Positions 35,061-48,000 of a stretch of DNA of 64,000 nt are shown one piece after another. Location of the stretch: contig CM068769.1 in NCBI GenBank assembly GCA_035084275.1, forward strand, positions 6,758,001-6,822,000. Direction: 5' to 3'. The notes below the pieces were generated by a model that saw only the letters and a list, made by a program, of their open reading frames with translations, searched no databases and had not been told where the DNA came from. This stretch comes from Hydrolagus colliei (lineage: Eukaryota). Position numbers and translations under genes: made by a program. Positions within the stretch are counted from its first letter, which is position 1, and each line of letters opens with the position of its first letter.

Positions 35061-36815
35061 TGATTATTGTAGATTAAATGCGTTTTTGAGAGATGTGTGT
35101 ATTGTCGGTTGAAAAATGATGAGAGTCAGTACGATATCGATGACACAATCGTTGGTGCAGGTTCAGCAAATATTTGTAAACGGCTGCACAGGATGCTAAA
35201 AATGAATCAGACAGCATGCTCTAACTTAGAATTTGTGGCATATATTATTGAAGTGATAATGTTGTTATTATTGATAGAAGTAATAGAATTACTTCTATAA
35301 CTAATATTGGTAGTGACGAAATGTCGATGTCAGTAAAGAGGCTACATTGATCTGAAACTGAGTATTTGCTAAAACACTCAGCATTTATCGAGACTTGAGT
35401 TACCTAAACGCATTGAACACTTCAAACATTTTGCGGATTTCTGTAGCTTAGCGATCAGAATGGTCACATTAAAAGCGAGAGCTAAGTTTTCATTTCAATG
35501 TAGGGGCGAAATATTAGATGTGTTTCCTCAGTCCACAAGACTGATAATAATCCATCAAGGTAACAATAATGAACATCATTTAAATCCACGACTGTTTGTG
35601 GTAGACTGTTGTGCGCTACTGGCTACCACGTTTCGACCACAAATACATACACATTTCAATTGGTAGTATATTCTGTAGATAGTATTGAGAAGTCTCTTAT
35701 TCGTGAAAAGTGCAATGCCAAATACAACAAGGATCATTTGTTATTATTATGTCTTTATTTTATGATGAATCTCCTAAAACGGCAGTGATGCCGCAACTAG
35801 ATAATTGTCTTTAGTTCTGATTCCACGCCGTAGGGAGGATGCAACAGCCGTAGACATTGTGTGAACTAGATTAAAGGTCTGGTCGCAGGAATGCAGTAAC
35901 TAAGCTTAATACTGAAAAGTGGGGTCTAATATTACGAGAAGCCCAAATATGTATTTATATTCCTCCATGGTTTAAGCACAACGTAGAAATTGGATTATAA
36001 AATAACCCACAGTTTTCTATAGTTATTTGCAAGCCAGCGATATGCTTGGCACGAATGTAGTTATGCTCTTGGACAAATTTATCAAGTCTAATCTTCTGCA
36101 TTTCTTACTTCCATTTGTTTCTGATATAACACATGTCTCCTGATATTTTTAAAAAAAAACAAATTAATGACGATTGACTAATCTGCATTGACGTTTTGTA
36201 ATCTAATCTATGATACAATGAACTGTAGTCTTTCATTATTTTAAGACGTATACATTTCTCCTTTACTGCTTTTCATTCTATGAAATTCCCTTTAAATATA
36301 TATATTTCTATTCAAGCTGCTAATTTGCATCTTGCTTAATCATTGTTGATATTTGTGTAATTGCTGTGTATTATTAACAATGTATCTTCAAAACATTTTG
36401 TTCATCTTCAATTACCTGCTCGTCTATCGAATCAAAATATGTTCTTCTCACGGTGGTCTAAATTCTAGGCATTTTGATCAATACATTACTATTCCATTTC
36501 TTTTCTGCGGTAACGTTTACAAATCCCATGTGGAGATCAAATTCTAACATTTTTGGATTATAATTTGTCCTATTTTGTTAAATCTGGAAACGATGTTAGC
36601 AAAATAATCTTCCAGATCTGGGAGAAGAATTCAGTTGAGAAGCTGTTTTTTCAGTCATATTTGCTAAGTATCCTTCATTTTCTCTGTACATAATTACTAT
36701 CATGTACGAATCATTATTGTATTCCCAGGAAACATTCTTAAATTGTTTGTTCATATTAGTGTAACTAATTTCAATGATCCCACGCGCTGCTGGTTTTGCA
36801 GCAGGCATTTCTCCA

Positions 36816-36822
36816 CTATAAA
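36816..36822 (+). promoter_or_regulatory. TATA-like box of GPCR copy 1
   Basis: CACTATAAAGAG about 70 bp upstream of the ATG, conserved in copy 2 (~48853). Confidence 0.45.
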
Positions 36823-36888
36823 GAGGGATGATTTTGTTATTGTCACTTCAAAGGTGAAAAGTTAGTGAGTGTCACCAGCACAAAGGAA

Positions 36889-38463
36889 ATGTCGTTCGCT
36901 TTTATGTTAATAGTGAATCAGATAGAACAGATATACTATCCAATTATTGCAGTTATTGGTGTTCCTGGTAAGTCCTTGTTACATCACGTAAGTCAACGTT
37001 TCAATGCATATTTGATTTTGATATGTATCTTACGTTTCCACTCTCCTCATGATATTTTTGCCATCTTATTTGGTATGTATAGGTTAAATAGAAATGTTCA
37101 TAGTTGGCTACACGCAACAGGGTGCGCTTAATCAAAACGTTGCATTCTTTGATATGACAACGAAGCAAAAACATACAAATTATCAATTAATTTATTCCGT
37201 CGTATCACATGTAAACCAGTATTAGAACAGAGAGGTGCCTTTCAGGGAGTTTATGCAACAACAGCTTGCAGTTATAGAGCCCACCTCATGCAGAGCATTC
37301 CAGAGCACTATATGTTCGCTTCACTACATCAGTTCTAACCAAGCTCTCCTGACCCCCTGTTGCCAATAGCATTAGTTTCAGAATTCTCCCAAACTCCCTC
37401 GATCCTTGCAGCACCTGGCACCTGGATGTCGTTTACTGCCACCGTCAAATTCTACAGCGCGATACCCTGGGTCAGGGAGGCTGTACAACTGCAGGTGTTG
37501 AAGTTGACGATTCTGTTGTTGACGTTTACCGTCAGTTTCTCGAATATCTCTTGTGTTTTGTTTGCAGTTAACCTGGTGACGATTGTGATCCTCTGGCGAG
37601 GAAAGTGCGGTCTCTCCACGTGCATCACTCGCTACCTGGTGGCCATGGCGGGGGCAGATCTGACGGTGGTGATATTTGATGTGATACTGAACCGTGTAGG
37701 TGATCAGTATCTCCCAAGTTTTAATGTTCTGCTTTTCACCCCGATCTGCCTTCTGCACGAGGTGCTGCTGTATGTGACATCAGCGTGTTCTGTCTGGTTC
37801 ACAGTGGCTTTCACCTTTGACCGACATGTCGCCATTTGTCACCAGAAATTCAAATCAACATATTGCACCCAGAGAACGGCGGCTGTGGTTCTGGGAACCA
37901 TCTCTGTGCTGAGCTGTGCGCTATACAGTCCTCTGTGTCTGGAGTTTGAACCGCTCTTCATTATTAACAACAAACCTTGGTTTTGTGCTGTTAAATTAAC
38001 TTATTATCAATCACCGAGATGGACAGCGTTTAAGCTGTTTCTATATGTGTTAACCCCAAGCCTTCCATTTGTCATCGTGTTGCTGCTCAATGCTCTGACA
38101 GTCAGACACATTGTGGTCAGCAGTAGAGCCCGCAGAAGACTCCGAGCCCACAGCCCTGGTGAGAAACACATTGATCCAGAGATAGAGAGTCGGAGAAAAT
38201 CCATTGTTTTACTATTTGTCGTATCTGGGAGTTTTGTACTATTGTGGGTGACTTATGTAGCCGCAAATCTTAGTTATTTAATTATGTATTTTTTAGATAC
38301 AGGCAAGCTACTTGGTGAACTTACAAATGTTGGAGATATATTTCGACTTTTTAGTTGTTCCACAAACACGTGTATTTACGCTTTGACACAATCTAAATTC
38401 AGAGAACAGTTGAAGAATATGGTGAAATACCCGTTTCACAAAATATATAAGTTAGTTTGGTGA
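36889..38463 (+). CDS. GPR139/GPR142-like class A GPCR, copy 1 (intact); exons 36889-36967 and 37568-38463, 324 aa
   Basis: Exon 1 MSFAFMLIVNQIEQIYYPIIAVIGVP+G|GTAAGT splices to TTTGCAG|TT. Motifs VNLVTIVILWRGKCGLS, AGADL, AFTFDRHVAIC and CSTNTCIYALTQSKFRE are present. Confidence 0.93.
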
Positions 38464-39329
38464 ACGAAAAATCAAGGTCTTCTAATTATCACTTACTTGG
38501 TTTATACTTCCTTGGTCCCGGAGTACCCAAAACTGAACACAATAATCCAGATGCAGTCTGACAAAGTCGCCGCTTAGTAGAGGGAACATTTGCTCTAATT
38601 TATTTGTCAGACTGCTTGCCACAAAAGATAAAATCTAATTTGTTTTATTGATAGCGGTTTGCTGCTATGATCTGTCTTCTGTTATTAGTTTACCTGAACA
38701 GCAACATCTTTTTTTGTCCTCCATCATACTTATTTTATCCACGGTCAGAAAGTATTTTATTCTTATTTTTCCGGGACCATAGTGGATGACCTCACGCATG
38801 GTTTTCGGTCGAACACGGTTTCTTTCTTTCACTTAATCTGTCTACGTCCGGATCAGTCATCCGGTTCCCATTGTCACAATATACAGTGCCTCTAAATTGT
38901 GTGCCATGTGACGGTTTGGATGTGAAACTCTCTGCTGCTTCATATATGTCGTTTAATTGTTGGTAAAAAGCTGAGGCAACAGAACGGACCCACTGGCCAC
39001 CATTACAAGGTTACTTACGAAGCAAAGTAATTTAATTTTCGCCGACAACCTATTTTTCTTAGAGCTTTATTTTTCATATGTAGTCACTCGAGATCGCTAC
39101 AGCAACATAAATGACGCAGAATTTGTTTGGTATACCTGACAATCTTTGATTTGTTAATATCTGATCTGTACTGATAATTGTTCTTTATTATTGCTAAAAT
39201 ATTAAATATTATTCATGAGCAACAATTTGTAGTTATCTATCAATTGATGCATTTGCCCTTCACACGCTGAGACATTCTGAGCGCGTCATTGGTGCTGTAT
39301 GATCCCATGCCAGCAAACTTTGACTACCA

Positions 39330-39620
39330 GCACGATCGAACTCTCCAAACTGTTCGCTCACCTATCCACCCACCGGGCGCCTCTGCTCGACTTGCATCGG
39401 CCTCCTTCTCATCCCTCGCAGCTATCGACCCACTATCAGAGCTCATGCTTTCAATGACGCCAAACTCTGGAACACTCTCCATCAATTCCTAAGCCTCGCA
39501 GCTTCACTCCCATCTGTCATGCCTCAATAAAAATGTTGCCATTCGACCATTCTTACCCTCTTACCCCTGCACGGAGTCAGACACCGCCACTGTTAAGTGC
39601 TCTGAGACGCTAGTCTGTGT
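39330..39620 (+). mobile_element. Decayed L2-type 3' fragment (also ~51.37-51.65 kb and ~61.56-61.80 kb)
   Basis: CAAACTCTGGAACACTCTCC...CTCGCAGCTTCACTCC...AAGTGCTCTGAGAC resembles the family tail. Confidence 0.55.
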
Positions 39621-40499
39621 GGAGGGCAGTGCCAGCTCTTTCTGTTCCTGATACTCTTTCGTGCACTAAACCCAACTTGTTGTGTTACAGAAGCAAACAA
39701 CCGAACGTTAAAACATTAGTGTGACAGACTCCAGATCACAGGCTAGTGATGTGGTTGTGGGCACGGTCTTGAGTAGTAGTTACATGAAGAATTATTGAGT
39801 CGACAATCACATCTGTTGATATAAAGTTTAATCAAATAAGAGCAACGTCACAGCACAGCTGAGTATTTTGAGTTTTAAAGCAAAATGCTAAATTATTCCG
39901 AAATCAAACACCTTTTCGTCTTGCTCTCTTGTTACCAACTGTAAAGAGAGTTCATCTTCAATCGCTTCTCTATACCGTGGATAATCAACTCCATATTTTA
40001 TTTTAAGACAATAAAGACTCTTAGTGATAACCACCAGCACACAGACTGTATTAATATAACTGACTGTGGAATCAGTTCACCTTTTAAAGTGTGTCAGTAA
40101 CTGGGACCACCCCAATGCTGTCCGCCCAGGTCACAGAGTTCCTTCATCAGCGTCTGATGGACACCACTCGTCGGCGTGACCTGACAGCTACGTTATGATA
40201 TGCTGACAATTTAATGTTCACCAATTCCGTGCCTAATGTTGGATGCTAGAAATACTCAGAAACAGCCGCTTAATCTGGCGTTTCTTGAGAAGGTTTCTAA
40301 AATCATCCGAAAAGTACTTCGCAGACTACATTGTGAAGTTAACGTGGTTGAAAAGGGACAATCAGTTGGTCAAAGCAGTGGTCCCGGAAATTGTCATGAA
40401 TTTAGATACCAATCAGTTTCTTACATGAACGTAAGAACCAACAATGGTCACCACCACCACCACCACAACAACAACAACAACAACTTTGACTTATATAGC

Positions 40500-40925
40500 G
40501 CCCTCAACGCCGGGTTATTCTCTCTGGAGCAGAGAAGATTGAGGGGAGACCTAATAGAGGTTTATAAGATAATGAGGGGTTTCGACAGGGCAAATAGAGA
40601 AAAACTATTTCCACTCGTGGGTGAATCTGTGACTCGTGGTCACAGATTTAAAATAGTTTCAAGGCGAAGTAGAGGGGAGCTGAGGAGAATTTTGTTCACT
40701 CAGCGAGTTGTTCGAATCTGGAATGCATTGCCTGAAAAGGTGATGGAGGCTGATTCGATAACAACTTTTAAAAGGGAATTAGATCTTTATTTAGGGAGAA
40801 CAGGTCTGTTAGGCTATGGGGAGCGGGCAGGGCAGTGGGATTGAATCGCTCGTTTCAAAGAGCCGGCACAGACTAGATGGGCCGAATGGCCTCCTTTTGT
40901 GCCTTAAAATTCTATGAATCTATGA
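40500..40925 (+). mobile_element. CR1 LINE 3' end (absent at the equivalent site of unit 3)
   Basis: GLFSLEQRRLRGDLIEVYKIMRGFDR...GYGERAGQWD with tail ATTCTATGAATCTATGAATCTA. Confidence 0.92.
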
Positions 40926-41039
40926 ATCTAAACTCAGTCGTCTAAGCTAGCTACCCACCTGTAATCTCGCTAGAAGTTCCCCTTTGCCACCATTTACCCT
41001 CTCAGGGCTCAACCACACAACTCGACTTTCCAATGGCCA

Positions 41040-41640
41040 GATTGTGATTCTCCTCAGTGGAAGAGCAGAGGAGGGAGGTCTGCCTCCTTGTCAAGACATT
41101 TCGAGGCGAGGCGAAGGGAGTGAAGAAGAGAGAGAGAGGGGCAGAGGGAGCGGTGAATGTAGAGGGAATGAGGGGGAGAGGCTAAGAGAGTGAGGGAGGG
41201 GGGACAGAGGGAGTGAGAGGAGACAAAGTTAGGGTGGCGAAGGAAGTGAAAGAGTGAGGGAGAGAGGGAGCGGGATGCAGCGGGAACGAGGCAAAGCGAG
41301 TGAGGGCGAGAGAGAGCGAGTGGACTGAGGAAGGGACGGAGGGGAGGGAGAGAGGGGGAGAGTTGAAGGCATTGCGGAAGGGAGCTCGAGAGCCTCGGGC
41401 ATAGGGGCTTAAGTCGGGTCCGCCAAGGGTGGAGCGGAGGATTCGGGGCGTCGAGGAGACCAGACCAGGTGGAGCGAAGGCAACGGGTGCTGGTTTGAGG
41501 AGATAGGAGAGGCTGGGAGGTGCAGAAGAGTGGAGAGATTTAAAATCAAGGGTATGCATCTCGAAATCGAACTCTTTCTCTTGAAACGCGGAGGAGAATG
41601 GGTGAGTGAGGGGGGTGGGTGGGGTGGGTGGTGGGAGTGG
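41040..41640 (-). mobile_element. L2-type 3' fragment with polypurine expansion
   Basis: Homolog of 29.8-30.19 kb. Confidence 0.7.
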
Positions 41641-41918
41641 CGGGGTTCGAGGAGCGAGCTGCTAGAGTTGGTGAAGAACTGGTTAAAATTAGTATAGACT
41701 GTTAAAAACAGAGAGTGGCTAGAATGATGCTATGTGATGTTTTTGTATAACTGCTGTACAACATAAGGGAAGTTACTACACATAGTTTCAGTCGTCAAGG
41801 TCACCATTAGAAACCGGTTACAACAGACTGCGATAAGAAGAGCTCATTAGCGAAGAAAGGCAGAGTTGGGTGTAAAAAGAGAATGTGAATAAGCACGAGA
41901 GTGGCATGAGATGCTCAC

Positions 41919-42097
41919 GTGAACACCATGTGTCCAAGAAAGGATAAAAGTGTTGAGACACAGGAATAGAGCAGAGACGGAGGAGCAGAAGAAGAAGGAC
42001 ATGATGGAAGATACTGTAATGTGACAGTACCCAAGCCGCTCTCGGGAAGGAACAACCGCTGATGGAAGAAACTTTACCACGACAGCAAGGAAGCCGA
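41919..42097 (-). other. Candidate exon with a hydrophobic coding segment (signal peptide MSFFFCSSVSALFLCLNTFILSWTHGVH from ATG 42002, or a TM/GPI-like segment in another frame)
   Basis: Acceptor CTTTTCTTGTCTTTTCCTTCCAG| and donor CAC|GTGAGC; two frames are open. A mini-exon candidate lies at 42273-42331. Confidence 0.4.
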
Positions 42098-42758
42098 CTG
42101 GAAGGAAAAGACAAGAAAAGGACTATCCCTCTTAACCTCGAGTAATGTGTGCCGGGTATTGTGTATGAGGATTACGTGTGCCCTGTAATGTAATATTGCT
42201 TGCTTTAGTGTCAGCTCTATGAGTATACCTGAGTAAAAGAAACCTGGTGTAAAAGACATAAATCAGTAGTACCTGGTCAATCGGAGGCTGGCTGTAACCT
42301 CATTGTTGACCGGAGAAATGATATTTTCCACCTGAGAAATTAATCTCTAACAGAGCGAGGGAGTGACGCAGGGGAAAGAGATAGAGAGGTCTTTAGAATT
42401 AGAGTTAGAGAATAAAAGTAGAGGGTTGTCGGTGGCAGTATGAGAGAATGAGATTGAGTGTGTTTTTGACTGTCTGTCTGAGAGTGTGTGTGACTGTGTG
42501 TTTACAATTTAATAAAGAGACATCAGTCATGCCAAAGCAAGCTTTATTACTAGATAATAATTTCACCAACTGCAGCCCCAAAACCCCCAGTCTTCAGCCC
42601 CCCAGCCCCCAGCCCAAGCCACATTCTTTCATTTCATTGAAGTGTCCCCCGCTTATATTCAAGCTGCTCTTACTAACCCGGAATCCCACTGCGACACTGA
42701 TCAGACTGTGGGATGTCTGAGCAGCCGAACACGGGTGTGATGTGCAGCCTACTTGCCT

Positions 42759-43596
42759 CTAACCTCGCCCTCGCCTCCTAGTTGGTTTCTTGCGAACCGG
42801 TCGACTCCCTGGACTCTTTGGCACCCCGCCAACCCCTCGTCCTCTACCACCCCTTGGCTCCCCGTCACTCTTTGGCGTCCCACGAGCTCCTAGCCCCCAA
42901 TGACCTACATACAACCCACCAACCCCTCCCCCCATCGTAAGTCCTCGCTCCACACGATCCCCTTCCACCGCAGAGTCTCTCTCCTCCAAACAGACGTCTG
43001 GTTCTTTGCAGGGCTCGCACTGGCCGAGTCGATTCCTATTATTCTCCTCAATCTTGCAGCGGTGACTCGAGTAGCGGGGGGTACGATATTCATTGATCAG
43101 GTGATGGAAACCTGCCTTTGTCCACCCGACGTCGCACAGTTTGTCTTTCGGACAATACACCTCGCTGTACACAAAATACTTGTGAACTTCCGGCAAATCG
43201 CTGAACCTTGAAATTATGTAGTTGCACCTGCCACTGAAACACTGCTCCAGACACGGGGTGTTGGTGGTGTAGAACACAAGACAAACTCCGCTTCTCAGAG
43301 AAGGTCTCATAACCTTCCCCAGTTTCTCAGCCCACGAGTCAGGTTTGTTGTTTTCGCCGAATAGGACCTTATGCTCGCTGCATCTCCAGGACGATGAGGG
43401 GTAGACGGCGATGTAATTGTACTTTGAGTTGTGATCAGCCGTCTGTAAATCGGCCTGGCTAAGGATTTGCGCTCTGTCTTGGTTGTTCCACTTGTATTCC
43501 ACCGCGGTTTTACCCTGGCAATGGTCAGCAGTCAGCATGATGAGAAAACCCATCTGTACATCTACAGGTTTCTTTATATCGATACGACTGTGGAAC
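42759..43596 (-). CDS. SNAD-like AID/APOBEC-family zinc deaminase, copy 2 (main exon intact)
   Basis: Acceptor TTTGTCTCCCAG|G. Contains RCSEHKVL (C-x-E), GVCLVFYTTNTPCLEQCFSGRCNYI (PCxxxC), YFVYSEVY, HRC and QCEPC. Motif order matches secreted novel AID/APOBEC-like deaminases as recalled from knowledge of the family; no database search was run. Confidence 0.78.
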
Positions 43597-43849
43597 CTGG
43601 GAGACAAACAACAACAATAGTATTACAATTTACAGAGCAACCTTTCACATCGGGAAGACGTCCCTAGGCGCTGAACAATTAGTTCCGGTCCCGAGCAGTT
43701 GGGGTGGGGAGGCGGGGTAGAGGGAAGGATAGTAGGAGAGGTGGAAAAGTTATGAGGGGAGCAGCAGGCACGGTCAAAGAGGAAGGTATTGAGACCGGCC
43801 TTCAGTGAAGCAAGGGAGGAAGTGAGGCGAAGGGATGAAGGCGAAGTGA

Positions 43850-45070
43850 TGTCACAGAATGTGTGGACGAGGGCAGCGCAGTTGACGTGGTTTACATGGC
43901 CTTTCAAAAGGCATTTGACAAAGTGCCGCATAAGAGGCTTTTTAGGAAAATAGAGGCCCAGGCGTTAAATGGACAGTGGCAGCGTGGATCCACAACTGGC
44001 TGCGAGACAGAAAGCAAAGAGCTGTGGTGAGCGGTTGCATTTCAGACTGGAGGAAAGTGAGCAGTGGCGCCCCCCAGTGATCAGTTATGGGACCACTGCT
44101 CTTTTTAATATATATTAATGATTTGGATTTGGGTTTAGGGAGTACGGTTTCCAAACTTGCAGACGATACTAAGTTAGGGAGAATAGTAAAGGAGGAGGCT
44201 AGTAGCCAACTTCAAGAGGATATAGATAAAATGATAAAGTGGGCAGACACATGGCAGACGAAGTTTAATATACAGAAGTGTGAGGTGATACACTTTGGGA
44301 GAAGAAATGAGGGGAGGCAATATAGGCTAGATGGTACAATTTTCAATGTTGTGGAGGAAGACAGAGACCTAGCGATTTGTGTTAGTGGCTCTTTGAAAGT
44401 GGCATGATAGGTAGACAAACCCGTTAAAAAAGCAAATGGGATACTAGGCTTTATAAATAGTGGTATCGAAAACAAAAGTCAGAAAGTGCCGATAAACTCT
44501 ATAAGACTTTGATTAGGCCTCAGCTGGAGTACAGTATACAGTTATGGTCACCACAATTTAGGAAGGATATTAAGGCATTTGATATAGTGCAGAGGATATT
44601 TACAAGGATGGTACCAGGAATGAGGGACTTCAGCTACGAGGAAATTCTAGACAGTCAAGGATTATTCTCTCTGGAACAATCAAGATTGAGAGAAAACCTA
44701 GTAGAGGTTTATAAGGTTAGGAGAGGTTTCGACAGGGCGAATAGAGAAAGACTGTTTCCAATGGTGCAAGAATCAATGACTGGTGGTCACAGTTTTAAAT
44801 AGTTTCAAAACGAAGCTGAGGGGAGCTGAGGAGAATTTTTTTCACTCAGCGGGTTGTTCGAATCTGGAATCCATTGCCTGAAAAGGTAGTGGAGGCAGAT
44901 TGCATAACAGCTTTTTAAAGGGAACTAGATATTTATTTAGGAAGAGCAGGTCTGATAGGTTACGCTGCGAATGCTGGGCAGTGGGATAGAGTTGCTCTGT
45001 TCAAAGAGCCGGCAAAGACTAGATGTGCCGAATGGCCTCCTTTTGTGCCACATAATTCTATGATTCTATG
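43850..45070 (+). mobile_element. CR1 LINE RT/3' fragment (unit 2)
   Basis: Homolog of 31790-33010. Confidence 0.93.
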
Positions 45071-48000
45071 ATTTATATGGATACCTAGGCCTCGATTTTA
45101 ATTCACCCACTGTAGGGTTCTACCATCTCTAGCTGAAATTGCCTCTCCGCGTTCTTCTTTTCAAAACGCATCACTTCCATTTATACAAATTATAAATCAT
45201 CTGTTACGTTTCTTGGCACAGTCGGTCTGTGTCCCAATATAGTCGGCAACTTTACCTTTCACGGTTCGCTATTATTGCCAGCTTTATATCATGTGAAACC
45301 CACAAATTGTACTCCCTGTACACATATCCAGGTCAATGATACAGACCAAAAGCAGCAATGGTCCCACTAAAGGCACCTATGGGTCACCACTGCACAAATC
45401 AATCCGAACAAAAGTTCTCCATCTCTGCTTGCGTCCTGTCTCCCAGCTAATTGTGTATCCATGCTGCCACTGTCCCTTTACTATACCGAGGTTGTGTTTG
45501 GCTTAAAATTCCCCTATGTGGAATTTTATCAAACATCATTTCAAAATCCATATTCTTTTACCGTAATATGTCTACCTTCATCCGCCCTCTCCGAATTCAT
45601 CAGAAATATCCATCAGTTTTGTAAAGCATGCGGCTCCTTCAAGAAACCATTTTGACCACAAATGAATCCCCGCAAAATATATTTTTACGGATTATATTTC
45701 CAAAATATTTCACTACTTATGTTATGTTAACATCACTTTCCTATATATCCTTGTAGTATCCTTCTGCTTCTTTCTGTACCTCCTCTGAAAAAGACCCTAA
45801 AGTCATGAAAACCAAATATCTGCCACTCTATTTTATCTGTCTCCAAGTCATTTCGCTGTCCATGCTACCACTAAAAGAAAACGATTAGAGAGAACTTTCC
45901 ACTACGGGAGGATCTCCCAATGCGCTAGAAAGTCAGTGGTCGGGACACGAGCATGCGGAAGGTGCAGGGTTTGGGGGAGATAAGGGACAGAAGTGAGAGT
46001 GCGGCACAAGGCACGGAAAGTAATGTCTTGTGACCGGCATTACAGGAAGCAAGGGGGTAAGCGAGAGGAAGGGTCTGTCGGATGGAGTTCCACAGTGTGA
46101 GGCCAGAGAGGATAAAAATACGGCCACCGTAAGGCGGGATACATAAAGCAAACCAGCCCTTTTTAACAGTGTGCTGTCTACAAATCTCTTATGCGGAACT
46201 TTATTAAATGCATTTTGGAAAACCATATCAGTTACATAACTTCACCACATTTACCCACCCTCTGTATAACTTCATCATACAATCTGTTGCAAGTTTGTCC
46301 GAAACGAGTTTGCTTGAATAAATCTCAGTTTGCTGTCCTTGATAAACTACTTGTTTTCTGAGTGAAGCAAAATTTTCTTCTCAGATTGTAGATTGAAAAA
46401 AAACAAATTCCAACCTATGACATTAGGCTGATCGATTTGAGTTCACGGGTTTATCCCTCGGCCCTTATCTATACAGGTGAGAAGCATTTGCAATGCTGAA
46501 ATCCTCTGGCACCGTCCCGGTGTCAAAGACGATTGGCACATTGTGGTCAACGGTTTAGTTATTTCCACCCTTACGTCACCGCATTAACCTGTTTTGTATC
46601 CACTCTGGACTGGGTTAGCTCTGCCTTTCATCCACATTGTTATTAGCTAAAGCTGGACAATGGGCGTAGTGCATTTATTGCAGCATATATCGATTATACA
46701 ATGCTTCTCGGTGAAGTGCTGCATAATAGCCGTGTTAGGAAAATTGAATCCCATGTTATCAAAACAACAGTGGCAGTAATGGATACAAAGCTATCTGGGA
46801 AACAGCAAGTGGAGAGCCGGGGTTAACTGTTGTAATTCTGAATGAAGGGATGTGTCCAGTGGTGCCAAACGTGCAGGTGTTTCGACATCCGCAATTCATA
46901 ATATATACGAACGAGGCGAGACATGATGGAAGCCAGACAGGGTGAGGGGGGGGGGGGGGGGGGGGGGATTGTAGATATAGGGATGACCTAAATATAGAGA
47001 GAAGAATTTTCTAGTTTCAGATGATCCATTGATAGGAAATATAGAAAACTTTGACCAGACTGCAATAGGGATTAGGCAGATTGGTCAAGTGGGCAGAGGA
47101 TTATTGTAGATTAAATACGTTGTTGAGAGATGTGTATATTGTCGGTTGAAAAATGATGAGAGTCAGTACGAGAACGATGACACAATCGTTGGTGCAGATT
47201 CAGCAAATATTTGTAAACGGCTGCACAGGATGCTAAAAATAAATCAGACAGCATGCTCTAACTTAGAATTCGTGGCATATATTATTGAAGTGATAATGTT
47301 GTTATTATGATAGAAGTAATAGTATTACTTCTATAAGTATAATGGTAGTGACGAAATGTCGATGTCAGTAAAGAGGCTACATTGATCTGAAACTGAGTAT
47401 TTGCTAAAACACTAAGCATTTATCGAGACTTGAGTTATCTAAACGCATTGAACACTTCAAACATTGTGTGGATTTCTGCAGCTCAGCGATCAGAACGGCC
47501 ACATTAAAAGCAAGAGCTAAGTGTTCATTTCAATCTAGGGGCGAAATGTTTGATGTGTTTCCTCAGTCCACAAGACTGATAATAATCCACCAAGATAACA
47601 GTAACGAACATCATTTAAATCCACGGCTGTTTGTGGTAGACTGTTGTGCGCTACTGGCTACCACGTTTCGACCACAAATACATACACATTTCAATTGGTA
47701 GTATATTCTGTAGAGAGCATTGAGAAGTCTCTTAGTCGTGAAAAGTGCAATACCGAATACAACAATGATCATTTGTTCTTATTATGTCTTTATTTTATGA
47801 TGAATCTCATAAAACGGCAGTGATGCCGCAACTAGATAATTGTCTTTAGTTCTGATTCCCACGCCGTAGGGAGGATGCAACAGCCTTAGACATTGTGTGA
47901 ACTAGATTAAAGGGCTGGTCCCAGGAATGCAGAAATTAAGCTTAATAATGAAAAGTGTGGTCTAATATTACGAGAATCCCAAATATGTACTTATATTCCT

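Noticed and set aside
36596-36808. 70-aa minus-strand ORF MPAAKPAA... conserved at 48632
   Set aside because: It has no recognisable motif or signal peptide, and its conservation is explained by recent duplication of the GPCR promoter region.
37360-37567. 70-aa N-terminal extension of the 367-aa GPCR ORFs (also 49395 and 59552)
   Set aside because: It starts at a non-ATG codon inside the intron. A canonical exon 1 and GT-AG splice give the expected YYP..GVP|VN junction.
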